Shown one piece after another: positions 7,940 to 20,280 of a DNA stretch of 51,457 nt. Source of the DNA: Rhodoferax sp. Its GTDB lineage: Bacteria; Pseudomonadota; Gammaproteobacteria; Burkholderiales; Burkholderiaceae_C. Made by a program: the position numbers and the translations under genes. How positions within the stretch are numbered: the first letter of the stretch is position 1; the number at the start of each line of letters is the position of its first letter. The stretch is from assembly GCA_031417575.1 (NCBI GenBank), contig JANOVW010000050.1, forward strand, positions 1 to 51,457. Reading direction: 5' to 3'. The notes below the pieces were generated by a model. It made no database searches. It was given only the letters and a program-made list of their open reading frames with translations, and was not told the origin of the DNA.

Positions 7940-10900
7940 ATGAAACGCATGCTGATCAACGCCACGCAGGCAGAAGAACGCCGCTTGGCCATCGTCGACG
8001 GGCAAAAACTGCTCGATTACGAAATTGAAATTGAAGGGCGCGAACAGCGCAAGGGGAATATTTACAAAGCTGTGGTGACCCGGGTAGAGCCGTCACTGGA
8101 AGCCTGCTTTGTCGACTACGGCGAAGAGCGTCACGGCTTTTTGCCGTTCAAGGAAATCTCCAGGCAGTATTTTGCGCAGGGCGTTTCGGTGAGTCAGGCG
8201 CGCATTCAAGATGCCATCCGTGAAGGCCAGGAGCTGCTGGTACAAGTTGAAAAAGAAGAACGTGGCAACAAAGGTGCCGCGCTAACTACTTTTGTCTCAT
8301 TGGCGGGCCGTTATGTGGTGCTGATGCCCAACAACCCGCGGGGTGGTGGTGTGAGCCGCCGCATTGAGGGCGACGACCGGGCTGAGCTCAAAGAGGCCAT
8401 GGATCAGCTGGAATACCCCAACGGTTCCAGCATCATTGCCCGTACAGCCGGTATCGGCCGCAGCGCACCCGAATTGCAATGGGATTTGAACTACCTGCTG
8501 AAACTCTGGGGCGCGATTGACGGTGCCGCCAAAGGCGCCAAGGGCGCTTTCCTGATTTACCAGGAATCCAGCTTGGTGATTCGCGCCATCCGCGATTATT
8601 TCAGCGCTGAGATTGGCGACATCCTGATCGACACCGATGACGTGTTTGACCAGGCCCAGCAATTCATGGCGCATGTCATGCCCGAGCATGCCGCCCGGGT
8701 CAAGCGATACCGCGACGATGCACCTTTGTTCAGCCGCTTCCAGATTGAACACCAAATTGAATCGGCCTATGCCCGAACGGTAACGCTGCCCAGCGGCGGC
8801 GCCATCGTGATCGACCACACGGAAGCGCTGGTCAGCGTGGACGTGAACTCAGCGCGTTCCATCCGCGGCGGCGACATCGAAGAAACCGCCACCCGCACCA
8901 ACCTGGAAGCCGCCGACGAGGTAGCCCGCCAAATGCGCCTTCGCGATCTGGGTGGACTGATCGTCATTGACTTCATTGACATGGAAGAAAGCCGCAACCG
9001 CCGCGATGTTGAAAACCGCTTGCGTGACGCGCTTCGGCAAGACCGCGCCCGCGTTCAATTTGGCACAATCAGCAAATTCGGCCTGATGGAAATGAGCCGC
9101 CAGCGCTTGCGCCCGGCCTTGTCTGAAGGTGCCTCCATTCCATGCCCGCGTTGTGGTGGTTCTGGCCATATCCGTGACACCGAATCCAGTGCGTTGCAAA
9201 TCCTGCGAATCATTCAGGAAGAGTCACTGAAAGACAACACAGCTTCCGTGTTGTGCCAGGTGCCGGTTGATGTCGCGTCGTTCCTGCTGAATGAAAAACG
9301 CACCGAAATCGCCAAGATCGAGCTCAAGCAACGCATCAACGTGCTGATGGTTCCCAACAAGACCCTGGAAACACCCAACTACAAGCTCGAACGCCTGAAA
9401 CACGACGACCCGCGCCTGGACAACATTGAAGCCAGCTACAAAATGGCTGAAGAAGTGGAAGATCCGACCAGCGTGACGCGCCGCTCACAAGAGCCAACCA
9501 ATCGGCAAACGCCCGTGATCAAGGGCGTGCTTCCGGATGCACCGGCGCCGGTTGCCGCGCCATCGCCTGTTGCTGCGCCCAAAGTGGCGCCCCCCGTTGT
9601 TGCCCAGCCAGTTGCCCCACTGGTGGTCGTGGCGGCACCCGCCGAGAAAGGTTTCTTTGGCTGGATCAAGGGGCTTTTTGGTGGCACGGCCGCTACCCCT
9701 GCATCGCCAGCTACAACCGGTGCCACCCCGGCAAAAGTTGTGTCCACTGATAGCCCAAACGCGCAAGACGGAGTCCGTCGCGAAAGAGGCCGACCTGAAG
9801 GACGGGAGGGCAGCCGAGATGGCGGCCGCAGCGACGGCAGCCGCCAATCCCGGGGCGGGCGCGGCGGGCGCTCTGGTCGTGGCGGTGAGCGCAATGAACC
9901 GGGCAACGAGCGCACAAATGAGCGCCCCGTTGACCGCAACACAGACCGGCCCCAGCGTGGTGACCGAAACGGCGCTGGCAGAGACCGCCAAGATATGAAC
10001 GGCCAGTCTGTCCATACCGGCCCTACAGAGGCTTTGGCACCTCAGCACGACGCGCCTGTTCAATCGGCGGCCCGCGCTCCCAACCGGGGCCACTCAAGCC
10101 CGAACAGCGATGCAGGTGGAAGTGGACAGGGCGAAAGCCGTGCACCGCGCCAAACCCGCGAACCTCGTGAGCCGCGCGAACCCCGTGAACCCCGTCAAGG
10201 AGAGCGTGCTGAACGGGGTCCACGGAATGATCGGGGCCCGCGCACAGAACGCCCAGCCGAAACCGGCAGTGACGCAGGCGCGCGTTTTCTGGCAAATGGC
10301 CATCCGCAAGAACCGGTTGACGGTCAGGATGCCAGTGCGCCTCAAGATGCCCCACAGGCAGACAATGGTGAAAACCGCGAACCATCACGCGAGAAACGCA
10401 GTCGCGATCGTTATGGTCGTGAGCGCGGTTCACGTGGTGAGCGCAGCGAACGTCCCGCACCTGACGGACAGCAGGCTTTGGACGGTTTTTCACCCCGTCA
10501 AGATATCCCGTCCGCACCAGAACCAATGCCATTGGAAGCAGCTGGCCAGCCCATTTCAGCGACCCTTGTTGCAGACCTGGCCGCTCTGCAGCCCGTTGCA
10601 AAAGTCGCTGAAGCGGCCCCTGCGCCGACAGTGATAACTGCACCTGTTGTTGCGGTTTCCAACAACCCGCCTGCCATCGGTTTGCCCAAGGTACAAAGTT
10701 TTACCTTGCCCATCGAATCGCTGCTTCAGGTCGCCAACAGCTCAGGCTTGGCATGGGTTAATTCCGATGCTGCCAAGGTTGCTGCTGTTCAAGCCGCGAT
10801 TGCGGCCGAACCCAAGCCCATCCATGTCCCGCGCGAGCGCGCTCCGAGAATTGAATTGGACAACCGTCCCTTGGTCTTGGTTGAGACGAAACGGGATTTA

Positions 10901-10942
10901 CGCAACATGACCTTGCCGTTTGAGAGCACATCCGCTCCTTAA
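7940..10942 (+). CDS. rne: ribonuclease E
   Basis: [22 protein letters not shown].. begins the catalytic N-terminal half (S1, DNase I-like and Zn-link CPRCGGSG regions). The C-terminal half is a long Arg/Pro-rich disordered scaffold. AAGGAG lies 8 nt upstream of ATG 7940. Confidence 0.96.
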   Translation: MKRMLINATQAEERRLAIVDGQKLLDYEIEIEGREQRKGNIYKAVVTRVEPSLEACFVDYGEERHGFLPFKEISRQYFAQGVSVSQARIQDAIREGQELLVQVEKEERGNKGAALTTFVSLAGRYVVLMPNNPRGGGVSRRIEGDDRAELKEAMDQLEYPNGSSIIARTAGIGRSAPELQWDLNYLLKLWGAIDGAAKGAKGAFLIYQESSLVIRAIRDYFSAEIGDILIDTDDVFDQAQQFMAHVMPEHAARVKRYRDDAPLFSRFQIEHQIESAYARTVTLPSGGAIVIDHTEALVSVDVNSARSIRGGDIEETATRTNLEAADEVARQMRLRDLGGLIVIDFIDMEESRNRRDVENRLRDALRQDRARVQFGTISKFGLMEMSRQRLRPALSEGASIPCPRCGGSGHIRDTESSALQILRIIQEESLKDNTASVLCQVPVDVASFLLNEKRTEIAKIELKQRINVLMVPNKTLETPNYKLERLKHDDPRLDNIEASYKMAEEVEDPTSVTRRSQEPTNRQTPVIKGVLPDAPAPVAAPSPVAAPKVAPPVVAQPVAPLVVVAAPAEKGFFGWIKGLFGGTAATPASPATTGATPAKVVSTDSPNAQDGVRRERGRPEGREGSRDGGRSDGSRQSRGGRGGRSGRGGERNEPGNERTNERPVDRNTDRPQRGDRNGAGRDRQDMNGQSVHTGPTEALAPQHDAPVQSAARAPNRGHSSPNSDAGGSGQGESRAPRQTREPREPREPREPRQGERAERGPRNDRGPRTERPAETGSDAGARFLANGHPQEPVDGQDASAPQDAPQADNGENREPSREKRSRDRYGRERGSRGERSERPAPDGQQALDGFSPRQDIPSAPEPMPLEAAGQPISATLVADLAALQPVAKVAEAAPAPTVITAPVVAVSNNPPAIGLPKVQSFTLPIESLLQVANSSGLAWVNSDAAKVAAVQAAIAAEPKPIHVPRERAPRIELDNRPLVLVETKRDLRNMTLPFESTSAP

Positions 10943-10962
10943 TGCGCCCTAATGCGCCCTAA
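10940..10962 (+). repeat. 10-bp tandem duplication containing the rne stop
   Basis: The sequence is taatgcgccc-taatgcgccc-taa. The three TAA codons are spaced 10 nt apart, so one falls in each reading frame. Confidence 0.9.
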
Positions 10963-11074
10963 ATGACCTGAATGGTCAGTGCACCATCAGTCAGTTCTCA
11001 AACGGATCCCTTCCGGTGAGTGCGTGGCCCAAGACCTTGACTCAAGGTTTTGAGCCGCGCCCTCTGCGTATGCC

Positions 11075-12379
11075 CTAAACCAGCCCACTTGCCGCTTGGC
11101 GATAGGCGGCAGTGGCTGAGGTGGCATCGCCCCGCTGATCTGCCAGCCGGGCCAACGCCAACCAGGCTGGTCGTTCCAGAGTGGTTTTCGACAATTTGGG
11201 AACAGATTGGCGCAGCAGTTGCTGGGCCTTGCCCCAAAGCTGCAAATGCATGCAGGTGACGCCTGCCAGGTATTGCAACAGGGGATCGCCCGGCCGGTTC
11301 ATTTGAGCCGATTCGATCCGCGTCAACCAGGCGGCATCGGGTACACCACCCGTCATGGCAAAACCCCGTTCCAGCGACAACAACAAACCCGTTTTCTGAT
11401 CCATCGACATGGTTTCTGGCTGCGCACTCTTGGCCGCTGTCGTCAAAACCATTTGTTCCCAAATCGGCAACAACCATTGGCGGGACAAGGCGGCATCACC
11501 GCCGACATCGAGCAGGTGGTTGGCAGACGTAATCGCCAGGGCAGGATTCAACCGCTCCCGCTGTTCAAGTCGATTCCAGGCCGTTTGCAGTTGCGCAGCA
11601 TCACGCGTCGCCAGCAACAGTTCGGAGGTCAGACTCTGAATAATGGTGGTGCCCGTTCCAGCGGCAAACGCCCGGTGTTTGTCCAACAAGCGGGCTGTCT
11701 CCAGCGCCATTTCGGTCCGGCCGGCTTGCCTGGAGGCCTTGAGCCGAAGTCGAAGGGCAACCGTACGCCGAGCGGCACCTTGGGGCATTTCTCCCAGCCA
11801 GTGAAGCGCATCACCAGGCGCTCGGTCGTCCATAGCCCATCGCGCCGCACGCAAATGCACGCCTTCACGCTCCTCTTGCGCATTGCGCTGGTTGGAGCCT
11901 TCAAGTGCTTGTTTGAAATGGCCGGTTCGGCCCACTTTGTCCTGCAAGGCATGAGCGCTTTCGGCCGCCAATAAATGCGCGAGAGCCCGCAAACGCGCCC
12001 CCTGCCCCGACTTCTCCCCTGCTTGGTTCAGCTGTTCTTCATGGGTCAAGGCCAGCTCCGCTGACTTGCGGGCCCGAATGAAACGCCCTGCTGTCAGATG
12101 TGAAAGCGCTTCAAACAGGGCTGTAAACATGGCGCGCTCGCGCTGTGACGTGCGCCATCTGCGCGCCTGATGGGGAATCGCCAATAAGGCTGAAACGCCG
12201 CGCAGTGAGAAATGAATGAGTAAAAACGCAGCCACCGCTACAACAACAAACAAGTTGAGTGATAAATCAATGCGATGGGGCGGCCAGAACAGCGTGATCG
12301 TGCCCGGGTTGTTACCCGCAAACAGCGCCAAAGCAGCTGCCACGGCAAGCATCATCAAAATAGCCAGTGCGGTTCGCAT
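11075..12379 (-). CDS. hemY: HemY-like TPR membrane protein
   Basis: Two N-terminal TM helices plus TPR-like repeats. It is the last gene of a hemC-hemD-hemX-hemY array. Confidence 0.85.
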   Translation of the reverse strand: MRTALAILMMLAVAAALALFAGNNPGTITLFWPPHRIDLSLNLFVVVAVAAFLLIHFSLRGVSALLAIPHQARRWRTSQRERAMFTALFEALSHLTAGRFIRARKSAELALTHEEQLNQAGEKSGQGARLRALAHLLAAESAHALQDKVGRTGHFKQALEGSNQRNAQEEREGVHLRAARWAMDDRAPGDALHWLGEMPQGAARRTVALRLRLKASRQAGRTEMALETARLLDKHRAFAAGTGTTIIQSLTSELLLATRDAAQLQTAWNRLEQRERLNPALAITSANHLLDVGGDAALSRQWLLPIWEQMVLTTAAKSAQPETMSMDQKTGLLLSLERGFAMTGGVPDAAWLTRIESAQMNRPGDPLLQYLAGVTCMHLQLWGKAQQLLRQSVPKLSKTTLERPAWLALARLADQRGDATSATAAYRQAASGLV

Positions 12380-12395
12380 AACCCCGTCGAAGTAT

Positions 12396-13523
12396 TTAGC
12401 GACCCGCCGCCGCAGTAGTCAGCGCACCTAGCGTTTCATCGACTCGCGGCAATTCGAGCATACGCATCTGCGATTGCACCTGCTGCAGCAAGGCTGTAGC
12501 CACCTGTGTCTTGGGCGATTGCGGTGAGAAATAACGCCGCATTGAAGTCGCTACTGACGCAAGATCACCCCGCGAAGCGTCCAGTTGACGTGCCAAAAGG
12601 CCCAGGCGTGCATTGAGCAATTTCAGCTTCAGGTTTTCGCGCGCAAAAAAGGATTGTTCGGGCGACAAAATGGCTGCGTCCGGCACTTCGACCCGACTAA
12701 CGCGCAACAATCCACGCAACTCTGACTTCACCCGATCGATCACGATTTGCCAGCTAAAACCGGCATCGGCAGGCTGTTCAGTGCCTGCCTTGCCATCACC
12801 ACTTCCCTGTTTCACTTGTATCGGCGTACCGGCCGACCCGCCCACCGCATTGGCCAGGGGCAATTCGTCAACCAGTCGTATCAGTTCATCAAGTTTGACC
12901 AGCAAAGCCGGGGTGTCGGCCAACGAACTGGCTTGGATCCGGGCCAAATCCTTGTTGATCGCCCGCGCCAATGCAGACAGTCGCGGTTGGGCGGCCCGCT
13001 GGACCCGAAGGTCTGCCGATTTAAGAGCCGCCAGAAGCGGTTCGGCACTCCCTGTCATTTGGGCTTGCTGTTGCGCCAAGCGCACTGCTGACTCAATATC
13101 GACCACCAGATTTTCATCGCGAGAACGCGACAGACTTTGAATCAATTCGTCGAGCTGGCTGCGCTGCAGCGCCACTTCACTCAGCCTGGCATCGACCACC
13201 GCTACACGGGCAGCGGTTTCCCGGGCCAGTTCAGACGCCTGTCGCGCCAGTCCTCGTGCTTCCAGCGCTTGGCTGCCCGTTTCGGCGCTTTGTCTTGCCA
13301 ATTGTTCCTGAATATGGCTCAGCTTTTGCCACAAGAAAATCGCCAAGATCAGGGCTAAACAGGCACCCGCTGCCCCTAGGTACAGCACCCACAGTGGGGG
13401 CAATGATTTGCCAGTGCCAGCAAAAGCCGACACCTTCTCCAAGGCGTTCTGCGGTGGCTCCAGAACGCGGTTTGCCGCATCGTGCGGCTCATCTTGGGAT
13501 TTCAACGGCAATATACCGGTCAT
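12396..13523 (-). CDS. hemX: HemX-like membrane protein (often annotated as a uroporphyrinogen-III C-methyltransferase)
   Basis: One TM helix plus a coiled-coil-rich periplasmic part. Positioned between hemD and hemY, with an ATGA overlap to hemD. Confidence 0.82.
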   Translation of the reverse strand: MTGILPLKSQDEPHDAANRVLEPPQNALEKVSAFAGTGKSLPPLWVLYLGAAGACLALILAIFLWQKLSHIQEQLARQSAETGSQALEARGLARQASELARETAARVAVVDARLSEVALQRSQLDELIQSLSRSRDENLVVDIESAVRLAQQQAQMTGSAEPLLAALKSADLRVQRAAQPRLSALARAINKDLARIQASSLADTPALLVKLDELIRLVDELPLANAVGGSAGTPIQVKQGSGDGKAGTEQPADAGFSWQIVIDRVKSELRGLLRVSRVEVPDAAILSPEQSFFARENLKLKLLNARLGLLARQLDASRGDLASVATSMRRYFSPQSPKTQVATALLQQVQSQMRMLELPRVDETLGALTTAAAGR

Positions 13524-14374
13524 GACAGGGATTCTATCGACGCAAGGACATCTGCCAGCGTCGGGCGGGCCACGCGCACCGTACCAAAACCGGCCCGAAG
13601 CGCCCGTTCGGCAATGCGCTCATGGGTCGCCACGGCGAACGCGCGCGCCCAATTTTCACCCGGAAACAGTGCGGCCAGGTTATTCAGCGCTTCACTGCTG
13701 CTGAACAACCACACGGCGCCTGCCCCAGCCGCGCCTTGAATAAAACGAATGTTTTCGGCACTCAATGCCGGCCGACAGCGCCAATAACTGACACAAAAAA
13801 CAGGCGTGGCACCGGCAGCAACGATTCTTTGGGCCAACCAATCCCGGCCTGCACTTGGCGCTTGCTCCAACGGCGCGGCCACCAGCGAACCCGTGGCGGG
13901 TTGTTGCAATGGTTCAGCCGGCAGTGAAATTGCCCGCGTTTCCCCCCGAACCACCAGCACCTTGTGGCCCGGTACCAGCTGCTGGCGTACCACCGACCAC
14001 AAGGCCTCAGAATCAAACTGGGCTGCACCGGGCGCAGGCATGTCGATCAAATGAGCCGGCCACCCATGGGCCAGCAAAGCCTGGCGGGTACCGGGCCCGG
14101 TAGCCCAGGCCCTGGTACGCAGGGGTTCAGGGGCATGATCGGCGGTTGCCTTCGGCATGCCTTGCATGAAAAAATTGACAGCATTGCCACTGACAAACAT
14201 AACCGCTGCATTTTCAGCCATTTGATGCCACGCCTTGTGGATGCCCGAGACATCGTTCAGGCGTTCAATCACCAAAAGCGGAAACATAACAGGCTCGTAA
14301 CCGGCCACCTGCACGGCGTCTGCCCAAACCTGCGCCTCGCTGGCTGGGCGAGTGATGACGACACGCACCGTCAC
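13520..14374 (-). CDS. hemD: uroporphyrinogen-III synthase
   Basis: HemD-like sequence (VVITRPA.., two-lobe pattern) with an internal insertion. GTG start 3 nt after the hemC stop. Confidence 0.85.
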   Translation of the reverse strand: MTVRVVITRPASEAQVWADAVQVAGYEPVMFPLLVIERLNDVSGIHKAWHQMAENAAVMFVSGNAVNFFMQGMPKATADHAPEPLRTRAWATGPGTRQALLAHGWPAHLIDMPAPGAAQFDSEALWSVVRQQLVPGHKVLVVRGETRAISLPAEPLQQPATGSLVAAPLEQAPSAGRDWLAQRIVAAGATPVFCVSYWRCRPALSAENIRFIQGAAGAGAVWLFSSSEALNNLAALFPGENWARAFAVATHERIAERALRAGFGTVRVARPTLADVLASIESLS

Positions 14375-14377
14375 TCT

Positions 14378-15382
14378 TCAGTTCGATCCACCGGGTGCTG
14401 ACACGACAGCCGGAGCTACCTTGGCACCCGCTTCAATCAGATCCTGACCCACTTGTTCGCCCAATTTCAGAGCATCTGCCATCTGGAGAATCACACCACT
14501 GCGGCTGGCGCGAATTAACTTGCCTGGCAATCCCATCCCCGAAATTGCCCCTGGATTTGGCCCCGAATCTGGTCCCGATTCGCCCCAGACAGCTTCAATC
14601 ACCATCTCCTGGCCATTGATGCGGGCATGGGCCGCCAGCGGCATTGAACAACTGCCGCCCAATTGGCGACTCACGGCCCGCTCCGCCGTTACGGACAGCC
14701 AGGTGGGTAGGTGTGCCAACTGCTCCAACGGCTTGGTCAAATCCTGTCGGCTGGTGAGAATTTCAATACCCAACGCGCCCTGCCCTGCGGCGGGCAGCAT
14801 TTCGTCAATTTCAAAAACTCGGGTGACGCGATTCGACAACCCCAGGCGCTTCAAGCCTGCAGCAGCCAAGACTATGGCTGCGTAATGCCCTTCGTCAAGT
14901 TTGCGCAGTCGGGTATCCAAATTGCCCCGAAGCGGTGTGATGACCAGATCCGGGCGCAAGGCGCGCAAAAGTACCGTCCGGCGCAAACTTGATGTGCCGA
15001 CAACCGCCCCCTGCGGGAGATCTGCCAAACCCGCAAAGTGGTTCGACACAAAAGCGTCGCGGGGGTCTTCGCGTTGCAGCACGCAGGCCAGGCTAAAACC
15101 GTGGGGCAAGTCCATCGGAACGTCTTTGAGGGAATGCACGGCCAAGTCGGCTTGGCCGTTTTCAAGCGCAAGCTCCAATTCCTTGACGAAAAGTCCTTTG
15201 CCTCCGACTTTGCTGAGTGAACGGTCGAGTATCTGGTCGCCCAACGTGGTCATTCCCAGCAGGTCAACCCGGTGCCCGAGGCGACCCAGGAGTTGTTTGA
15301 CGTGTTCAGCTTGCCAAAGGGCAAGTCGGCTTTCGCGGGTGGCGATGACCCAGGAAGATTGAGGCCCATCCGATCGTGTCAT
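14378..15382 (-). CDS. hemC: hydroxymethylbilane synthase (porphobilinogen deaminase)
   Basis: [16 protein letters not shown] and [13 protein letters not shown] motifs. ATG 15382 is chosen because the longest ORF would overlap the ppc start. Confidence 0.94.
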   Translation of the reverse strand: MTRSDGPQSSWVIATRESRLALWQAEHVKQLLGRLGHRVDLLGMTTLGDQILDRSLSKVGGKGLFVKELELALENGQADLAVHSLKDVPMDLPHGFSLACVLQREDPRDAFVSNHFAGLADLPQGAVVGTSSLRRTVLLRALRPDLVITPLRGNLDTRLRKLDEGHYAAIVLAAAGLKRLGLSNRVTRVFEIDEMLPAAGQGALGIEILTSRQDLTKPLEQLAHLPTWLSVTAERAVSRQLGGSCSMPLAAHARINGQEMVIEAVWGESGPDSGPNPGAISGMGLPGKLIRASRSGVILQMADALKLGEQVGQDLIEAGAKVAPAVVSAPGGSN

Positions 15383-15467
15383 AAACGCTATTTTTTTCAA
15401 GGCAAAGTGGTAACCCGTCTGTAACCGGAACAGCGATTTGGGCGCGACCAGAATGCTAGCATGAGCC

Positions 15468-18290
15468 ATGAAAGATTCGAGCAAACCTCAACCCGCGGCA
15501 AAAACCACGTCGCGTCAAACAGAACGCCCCTTGACTGAAGATATTCGCCTCTTGGGGCGTCTGTTGGGCGATGTCATCCGCGAACAAGCCGGAGCGTCAG
15601 AGTTTGAATTGATTGAACGGATCCGGCAGCTTTCCGTCGCGTTCCGTCGGGATGCGGATACCCGGGCCGACACCGAACTCAAAAAGCTGCTCAAGGGCCT
15701 GTCTGGTGACCAGGCTGTCAGTGTCATTCGTGCCTTCACCTATTTCAGCCATCTGGCCAACTTGGCTGAAGACCGCCATCACATTCGACGACGCACCGTA
15801 CATGAGCGGGCCGGCGACAGCCAGGAAGGCAGTATCGAGGTGGCAGTGGCGAAATGCCGTTGGTCGGGCATTTCATCGGCGACCATTGTTGCCGCCCTGT
15901 CAGAAGCGTATGTTTCGCCGGTTTTGACGGCTCACCCTACCGAAGTACAGCGTAAAAGCATTCTCGATGCCGAACGCGGCATTGCCACCCTGTTGCTGGC
16001 CCGAGACGACATCCGGTCCCGGATGGGCTCCAGTGTGGGCCACAAAGACCGCCTGGCACCGCTTGAGCTGGCCAGCAATGAAGCCCAATTACGCTCAAGG
16101 GTGATGCAGCTTTGGCAAACCCGGCTGTTGCGATTCACCAAACTCACTGTGGCCGACGAAATCGAAAACTCGCTCAGCTACTACGAATCGACCTTTTTGC
16201 GGGAAATTCCCAAGCTCTATGCCGATCTGGAATCAAAACTCGGTGCCATGCCGGTTGCCAGCTTTTTGCGCATGGGGCAATGGATTGGCGGCGATCGGGA
16301 TGGCAACCCGTTTGTCACCGCCCAAACACTGGAATACGCCTTGCGCCGCCAAGCTGAAGTAGCGCTTCGACACTACCTCACCGAGGTGCATTTCCTGGGT
16401 GCTGAATTGTCCATGTCGGCCCTCCTGATCGAAACGACTGCTGCCATGCAGGCTTTGGCTCAGCATTCCCCCGACACCAATGCGCATCGTCAGGATGAGC
16501 CCTACCGGCGTGCGCTTACGGGGATGTACGCCCGGCTGGCCGCAACCCTGCAAAACCTCACCGGCGGGTCTGCCGCCCGACATGCTGTTGCCCCGCAAAA
16601 TGCTTACCCTGATGCCCAGGCATTCGCCAAAGATTTGCGCGTGATCGAAGCATCTCTGGCGGCGAATCACGGTGCTGCTTTGGCCAAACAGCGCTTGCAA
16701 CCGCTGATTCGTGCGGTGGATGTTTTTGGTTTTCATTTGGCTACGGTCGACTTGCGCCAGAGTTCTGACAAACACGAAGCGGTGATCTCTGAATTGCTTC
16801 GCACGGCCAGAATGACGCCCGATTACGCCGCCCTGCCAGAAATGGACAAGCAGGCTTTGCTGATCCGCGTGTTGAACGATGCCCGCCCATTGCGCGTGAT
16901 GGGTGCCACCTATTCACCACTGGCCATCAGTGAAATCAGCATTTTCGAAGCCGCCAAATTGGCACTCAGCCAGTATGGCAAGCAGAGTATTCGCCACTAC
17001 ATCATCAGCCACACCGAAACCGTCAGCGATTTGCTGGAGGTGTTGCTGCTGCAGAAAGAAACTGGCCTGATGTCAGGCACGCTGGATGACCGCTCGGTGG
17101 CTGAACTGATCGTGGTGCCACTTTTTGAAACCATTGCTGACCTGCGCAATGCCGCCGTCATCATGGGTGAATTTTATGGATTGCCCGGCGTGACCGAACT
17201 GATACTTCGCAGTGGTGGCGAACAAGACATCATGCTGGGGTATTCAGACAGCAACAAGGATGGCGGCATTTTCACCAGCAACTGGGAGTTGTACCGGGCC
17301 GAGACCGAATTGGCCAAGCTGTTTGATGGGCTGGGCGTTCCCGTCAAGCTGCGCATGTTCCACGGTCGGGGCGGCACAGTTGGCCGGGGCGGTGGCCCCA
17401 GTTACCAGGCCATCCTGGCGCAGCCCCCGGGCACCGTACGTGGACAAATACGTTTGACGGAACAAGGTGAGGTGATTGGCTCCAAATATGCCAACCCTGA
17501 AATTGGCCGACGTAACCTGGAAACCTTGGTAGCCGCAACGCTGGAGGCCACCCTTTTGCAGCCGACCAAACCCGCCAAACCCGAGTTTTTACGGGCAGCC
17601 GACCAATTGTCGCAATTGAGCATGGTGGCCTACCGGAAACTTGTTTACGAAACCCCTGGGTTTACCGCCTATTTTTTTGATTCCACACCGATCCGTGAAA
17701 TTGCCGAACTCAACATTGGTTCGCGACCAGCATCCAGAAAAAATTCGCAGCAAATTGAAGACCTGCGTGCCATCCCTTGGGGTTTCAGTTGGGGCCAATG
17801 CCGCCTGACCTTGCCCGGTTGGCTCGGTTTTGGCAGCGCCATTCACCAGTACCTGACAGCTGGCAACGCATCAACCGCAATCGAACGTCGCAAACTGCTC
17901 CAAAAAATGCAACGCGACTGGCCTTTTTTCAGAACCCTGCTCTCCAATATGGACATGGTCCTGGCCAAAAGTGACCTGGCGTTGGCTTCGCTTTATTCAG
18001 AGCTGGTTGCCGACAAGAAGTTACGCAACCGGATTTTTGCAGCCATCGAAACCGAATGGCACCTGACGGCCTCCGCGCTGGCCTTGGTCACCGGCGACAA
18101 AACACGGCTGGCCGACAACGCGGCCCTGCAGCGCTCCATGCGCCATCGATTTCCGTATATTGATCCGTTGCACCACCTGCAGGTCGAATTGATCCGCCGC
18201 TACCGGGCCGGCAAAGCAGACGAACGGGTCCAACGGGGCATTCACATTTCGATCAATGGTATTGCCGCAGGCTTGCGCAACACGGGCTAA
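15468..18290 (+). CDS. ppc: phosphoenolpyruvate carboxylase
   Basis: 940 aa with [18 protein letters not shown] and the C-terminal ..[12 protein letters not shown] signature. Confidence 0.97.
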   Translation: MKDSSKPQPAAKTTSRQTERPLTEDIRLLGRLLGDVIREQAGASEFELIERIRQLSVAFRRDADTRADTELKKLLKGLSGDQAVSVIRAFTYFSHLANLAEDRHHIRRRTVHERAGDSQEGSIEVAVAKCRWSGISSATIVAALSEAYVSPVLTAHPTEVQRKSILDAERGIATLLLARDDIRSRMGSSVGHKDRLAPLELASNEAQLRSRVMQLWQTRLLRFTKLTVADEIENSLSYYESTFLREIPKLYADLESKLGAMPVASFLRMGQWIGGDRDGNPFVTAQTLEYALRRQAEVALRHYLTEVHFLGAELSMSALLIETTAAMQALAQHSPDTNAHRQDEPYRRALTGMYARLAATLQNLTGGSAARHAVAPQNAYPDAQAFAKDLRVIEASLAANHGAALAKQRLQPLIRAVDVFGFHLATVDLRQSSDKHEAVISELLRTARMTPDYAALPEMDKQALLIRVLNDARPLRVMGATYSPLAISEISIFEAAKLALSQYGKQSIRHYIISHTETVSDLLEVLLLQKETGLMSGTLDDRSVAELIVVPLFETIADLRNAAVIMGEFYGLPGVTELILRSGGEQDIMLGYSDSNKDGGIFTSNWELYRAETELAKLFDGLGVPVKLRMFHGRGGTVGRGGGPSYQAILAQPPGTVRGQIRLTEQGEVIGSKYANPEIGRRNLETLVAATLEATLLQPTKPAKPEFLRAADQLSQLSMVAYRKLVYETPGFTAYFFDSTPIREIAELNIGSRPASRKNSQQIEDLRAIPWGFSWGQCRLTLPGWLGFGSAIHQYLTAGNASTAIERRKLLQKMQRDWPFFRTLLSNMDMVLAKSDLALASLYSELVADKKLRNRIFAAIETEWHLTASALALVTGDKTRLADNAALQRSMRHRFPYIDPLHHLQVELIRRYRAGKADERVQRGIHISINGIAAGLRNTG

Positions 18291-18337
18291 AGGCGCGCCC
18301 CGGTAAATCCATGTACGTCAGTCAACCCGCCACCCCA

Positions 18338-19093
18338 TTAGCCGGCAATGGCATCCCGCACCGCCGCCACTTGACGGCGCGACACCGCGAGCCATTCGTC
18401 GACACCCGCAAGGCGTACCGCCCAACCCTCACCTTCTTCTGGGTCGCTTTGTTTTTTCAACGCACGGATGGCTTGCCTGGCAATCAGCGCGTTGCGGTGA
18501 ACTCTGAGAAAGTGCGGGCTGAACCTTTCTTCCAGTTCGCTGAGGGAGCCTTCCAGCAAGTAACTGCGATCTGCGGTGCGCACTGTGATGTATTTGAGTT
18601 CTGCCTTGAAAAACAGCACATCGGCCAAGGCCAACCGCAACACGGCTCCACGATCCTGTATGACCAAATGGTCTTGAAGAAAATCGGGTTTTTGTTCTCT
18701 GGACAAGTCCAGAACACGCTCTATTTTTTGTAGCGATTTTTGCAGCCGTTCCAGGCGCACAGGCTTGGTAAGGTAATCGACGGCCTCGACTTCGAAAGCG
18801 GAAACCGCGTATTGGGCATGTGCAGTTACAAAAATCAGGGCCGGGGGCTGCGGCAAACTGCGCAACATGTGAGCCAGTTTCAAACCGTTTTGACCCGGCA
18901 TTTGAATATCCAGCATGGCAACGTCCGCTTGCATTCTGCCCAGCATCTCGATCGCCTGGGTGGCGTTTGCGGCTTCACCGATACACACAACCGGCGGTTC
19001 CGTGCATTCTGCCAGCAACGTGCGCAGACGCGCTCGGGCGAGCAATTCGTCATCCACCACCAATACACGCAAAGCTGGCCGCTTGTTTTCCAT
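18338..19093 (-). CDS. algR: LytR/AlgR-family response regulator (receiver + LytTR)
   Basis: A receiver domain (VVDDE.., MLDIQMPG) plus a LytTR DNA-binding domain. It lies downstream of a LytS/AlgZ-type kinase, next to argH and hemC as in Pseudomonas. Confidence 0.88.
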   Translation of the reverse strand: MENKRPALRVLVVDDELLARARLRTLLAECTEPPVVCIGEAANATQAIEMLGRMQADVAMLDIQMPGQNGLKLAHMLRSLPQPPALIFVTAHAQYAVSAFEVEAVDYLTKPVRLERLQKSLQKIERVLDLSREQKPDFLQDHLVIQDRGAVLRLALADVLFFKAELKYITVRTADRSYLLEGSLSELEERFSPHFLRVHRNALIARQAIRALKKQSDPEEGEGWAVRLAGVDEWLAVSRRQVAAVRDAIAG

Positions 19094-19096
19094 GGC

Positions 19097-20155
19097 TTAA
19101 ATCGGAATTTCAATACGCACCTGGTGCACACCATCTTTCTGGCCGTGGTGAAAGCGCCCCTGTACATCATGCATCAGGTTCAACCGCGCCTGAACGTTCT
19201 CCAGAGCCAATCCATGGCCTTTTTCACCGGGCCCGGCCGGGACGGTATTCACCACCTTGATCACAACGCTGGAGCCCCGCCGCTCGGTCGAGACCCGTAA
19301 ATCGGCTCCACTGGGACTGGGCTCTACACCATGTCGCACCGCGTTTTCAACCAAAGGCTGTAGCAACAAGGGCGGCAAGCGGGCGGCATCTGCGCTGGCA
19401 TCCAATAGCCACTCGACCCGCAACCGGTCACCAAAACGAATTTTTTCGATTGCCAGATAACGTTGAGCCAATGCCACTTCATCGCCCAAAGTAGCCGACT
19501 CACCCTGATCAATCAGTGCATGGCGAAACAGGTCACTCAGGTCTTCAAGCAACTGTTCCGCCAGGGCGGGTTCGGCGCGGACCAGGGCAATTGCGCTGTT
19601 CAGAGTATTGAACAAAAAGTGGGGCCGGATCCGGGATTGCAACTCACTCAGACGGGCCCTGGTTGCGGCAGGCGCAGCCGCGCGGGCCCGCCACACCAGC
19701 GCAGCGACCAGCGCACCGGCAAATAACGCGCCCGAAAACCCGCTAGCCAGCCAAGGCACTGGACTTGCAATGCCGACCAGCCACAACACCGCACAACCGT
19801 ACCAACCCGTCACCGCCCCCAGGGCAATGCCAGCCACCCATTGCATGCCGTCAGGTAAACGGGCCAATATCTGTTTAAGGCTGCAAGCCAGAATCAGCCA
19901 CAACAAAACCGCCGGCAAGGCACCCGCCGTTAGCAAAGCCAACCGGGTTACCCATTCCATGAGCGTGGCCGATACAAACATGGCACCCACCGCCACCACG
20001 GCTTGAACGCCCAATACGGCTCTGAGCACCACACCCACATGACAGGCATCAAATACCAACCGAGGCGCACTGGCGCTGGGAACCGGGTCACCCAACGGCA
20101 TCAGGGTAGATTCCGGGAAGGTCGATAAAATTTGGGATTCAGGCATTTGCGGCAT
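19097..20155 (-). CDS. AlgZ/FimS-like sensor histidine kinase (His_kinase/LytS family)
   Basis: Multi-TM N-terminus, an HFLFNTLNSA H-box and a C-terminal ATPase domain. ATG 20155 is preferred over TTG 20170. Confidence 0.85.
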   Translation of the reverse strand: MPQMPESQILSTFPESTLMPLGDPVPSASAPRLVFDACHVGVVLRAVLGVQAVVAVGAMFVSATLMEWVTRLALLTAGALPAVLLWLILACSLKQILARLPDGMQWVAGIALGAVTGWYGCAVLWLVGIASPVPWLASGFSGALFAGALVAALVWRARAAAPAATRARLSELQSRIRPHFLFNTLNSAIALVRAEPALAEQLLEDLSDLFRHALIDQGESATLGDEVALAQRYLAIEKIRFGDRLRVEWLLDASADAARLPPLLLQPLVENAVRHGVEPSPSGADLRVSTERRGSSVVIKVVNTVPAGPGEKGHGLALENVQARLNLMHDVQGRFHHGQKDGVHQVRIEIPI

Positions 20156-20280
20156 AGCGTCAGCGGACAATGCCTGATTATTGACCAGCGCAGCAACACC
20201 ACACCAGCCGTTTGGCCCACTCTGAACAACGCGCTTTAACCGGGCTTAGCCACGCCACCACCTGCAAGCAAAACACGTTT

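Noticed and set aside
9436-10643. Repetitive DNA in the rne 3' half, and in the collagen-like gene at 30158-30436, considered as a possible CRISPR or tandem-repeat locus.
   Set aside because: The repeats are in-frame codon repeats of low-complexity protein regions. They have no spacer/repeat architecture, and no cas genes are present.
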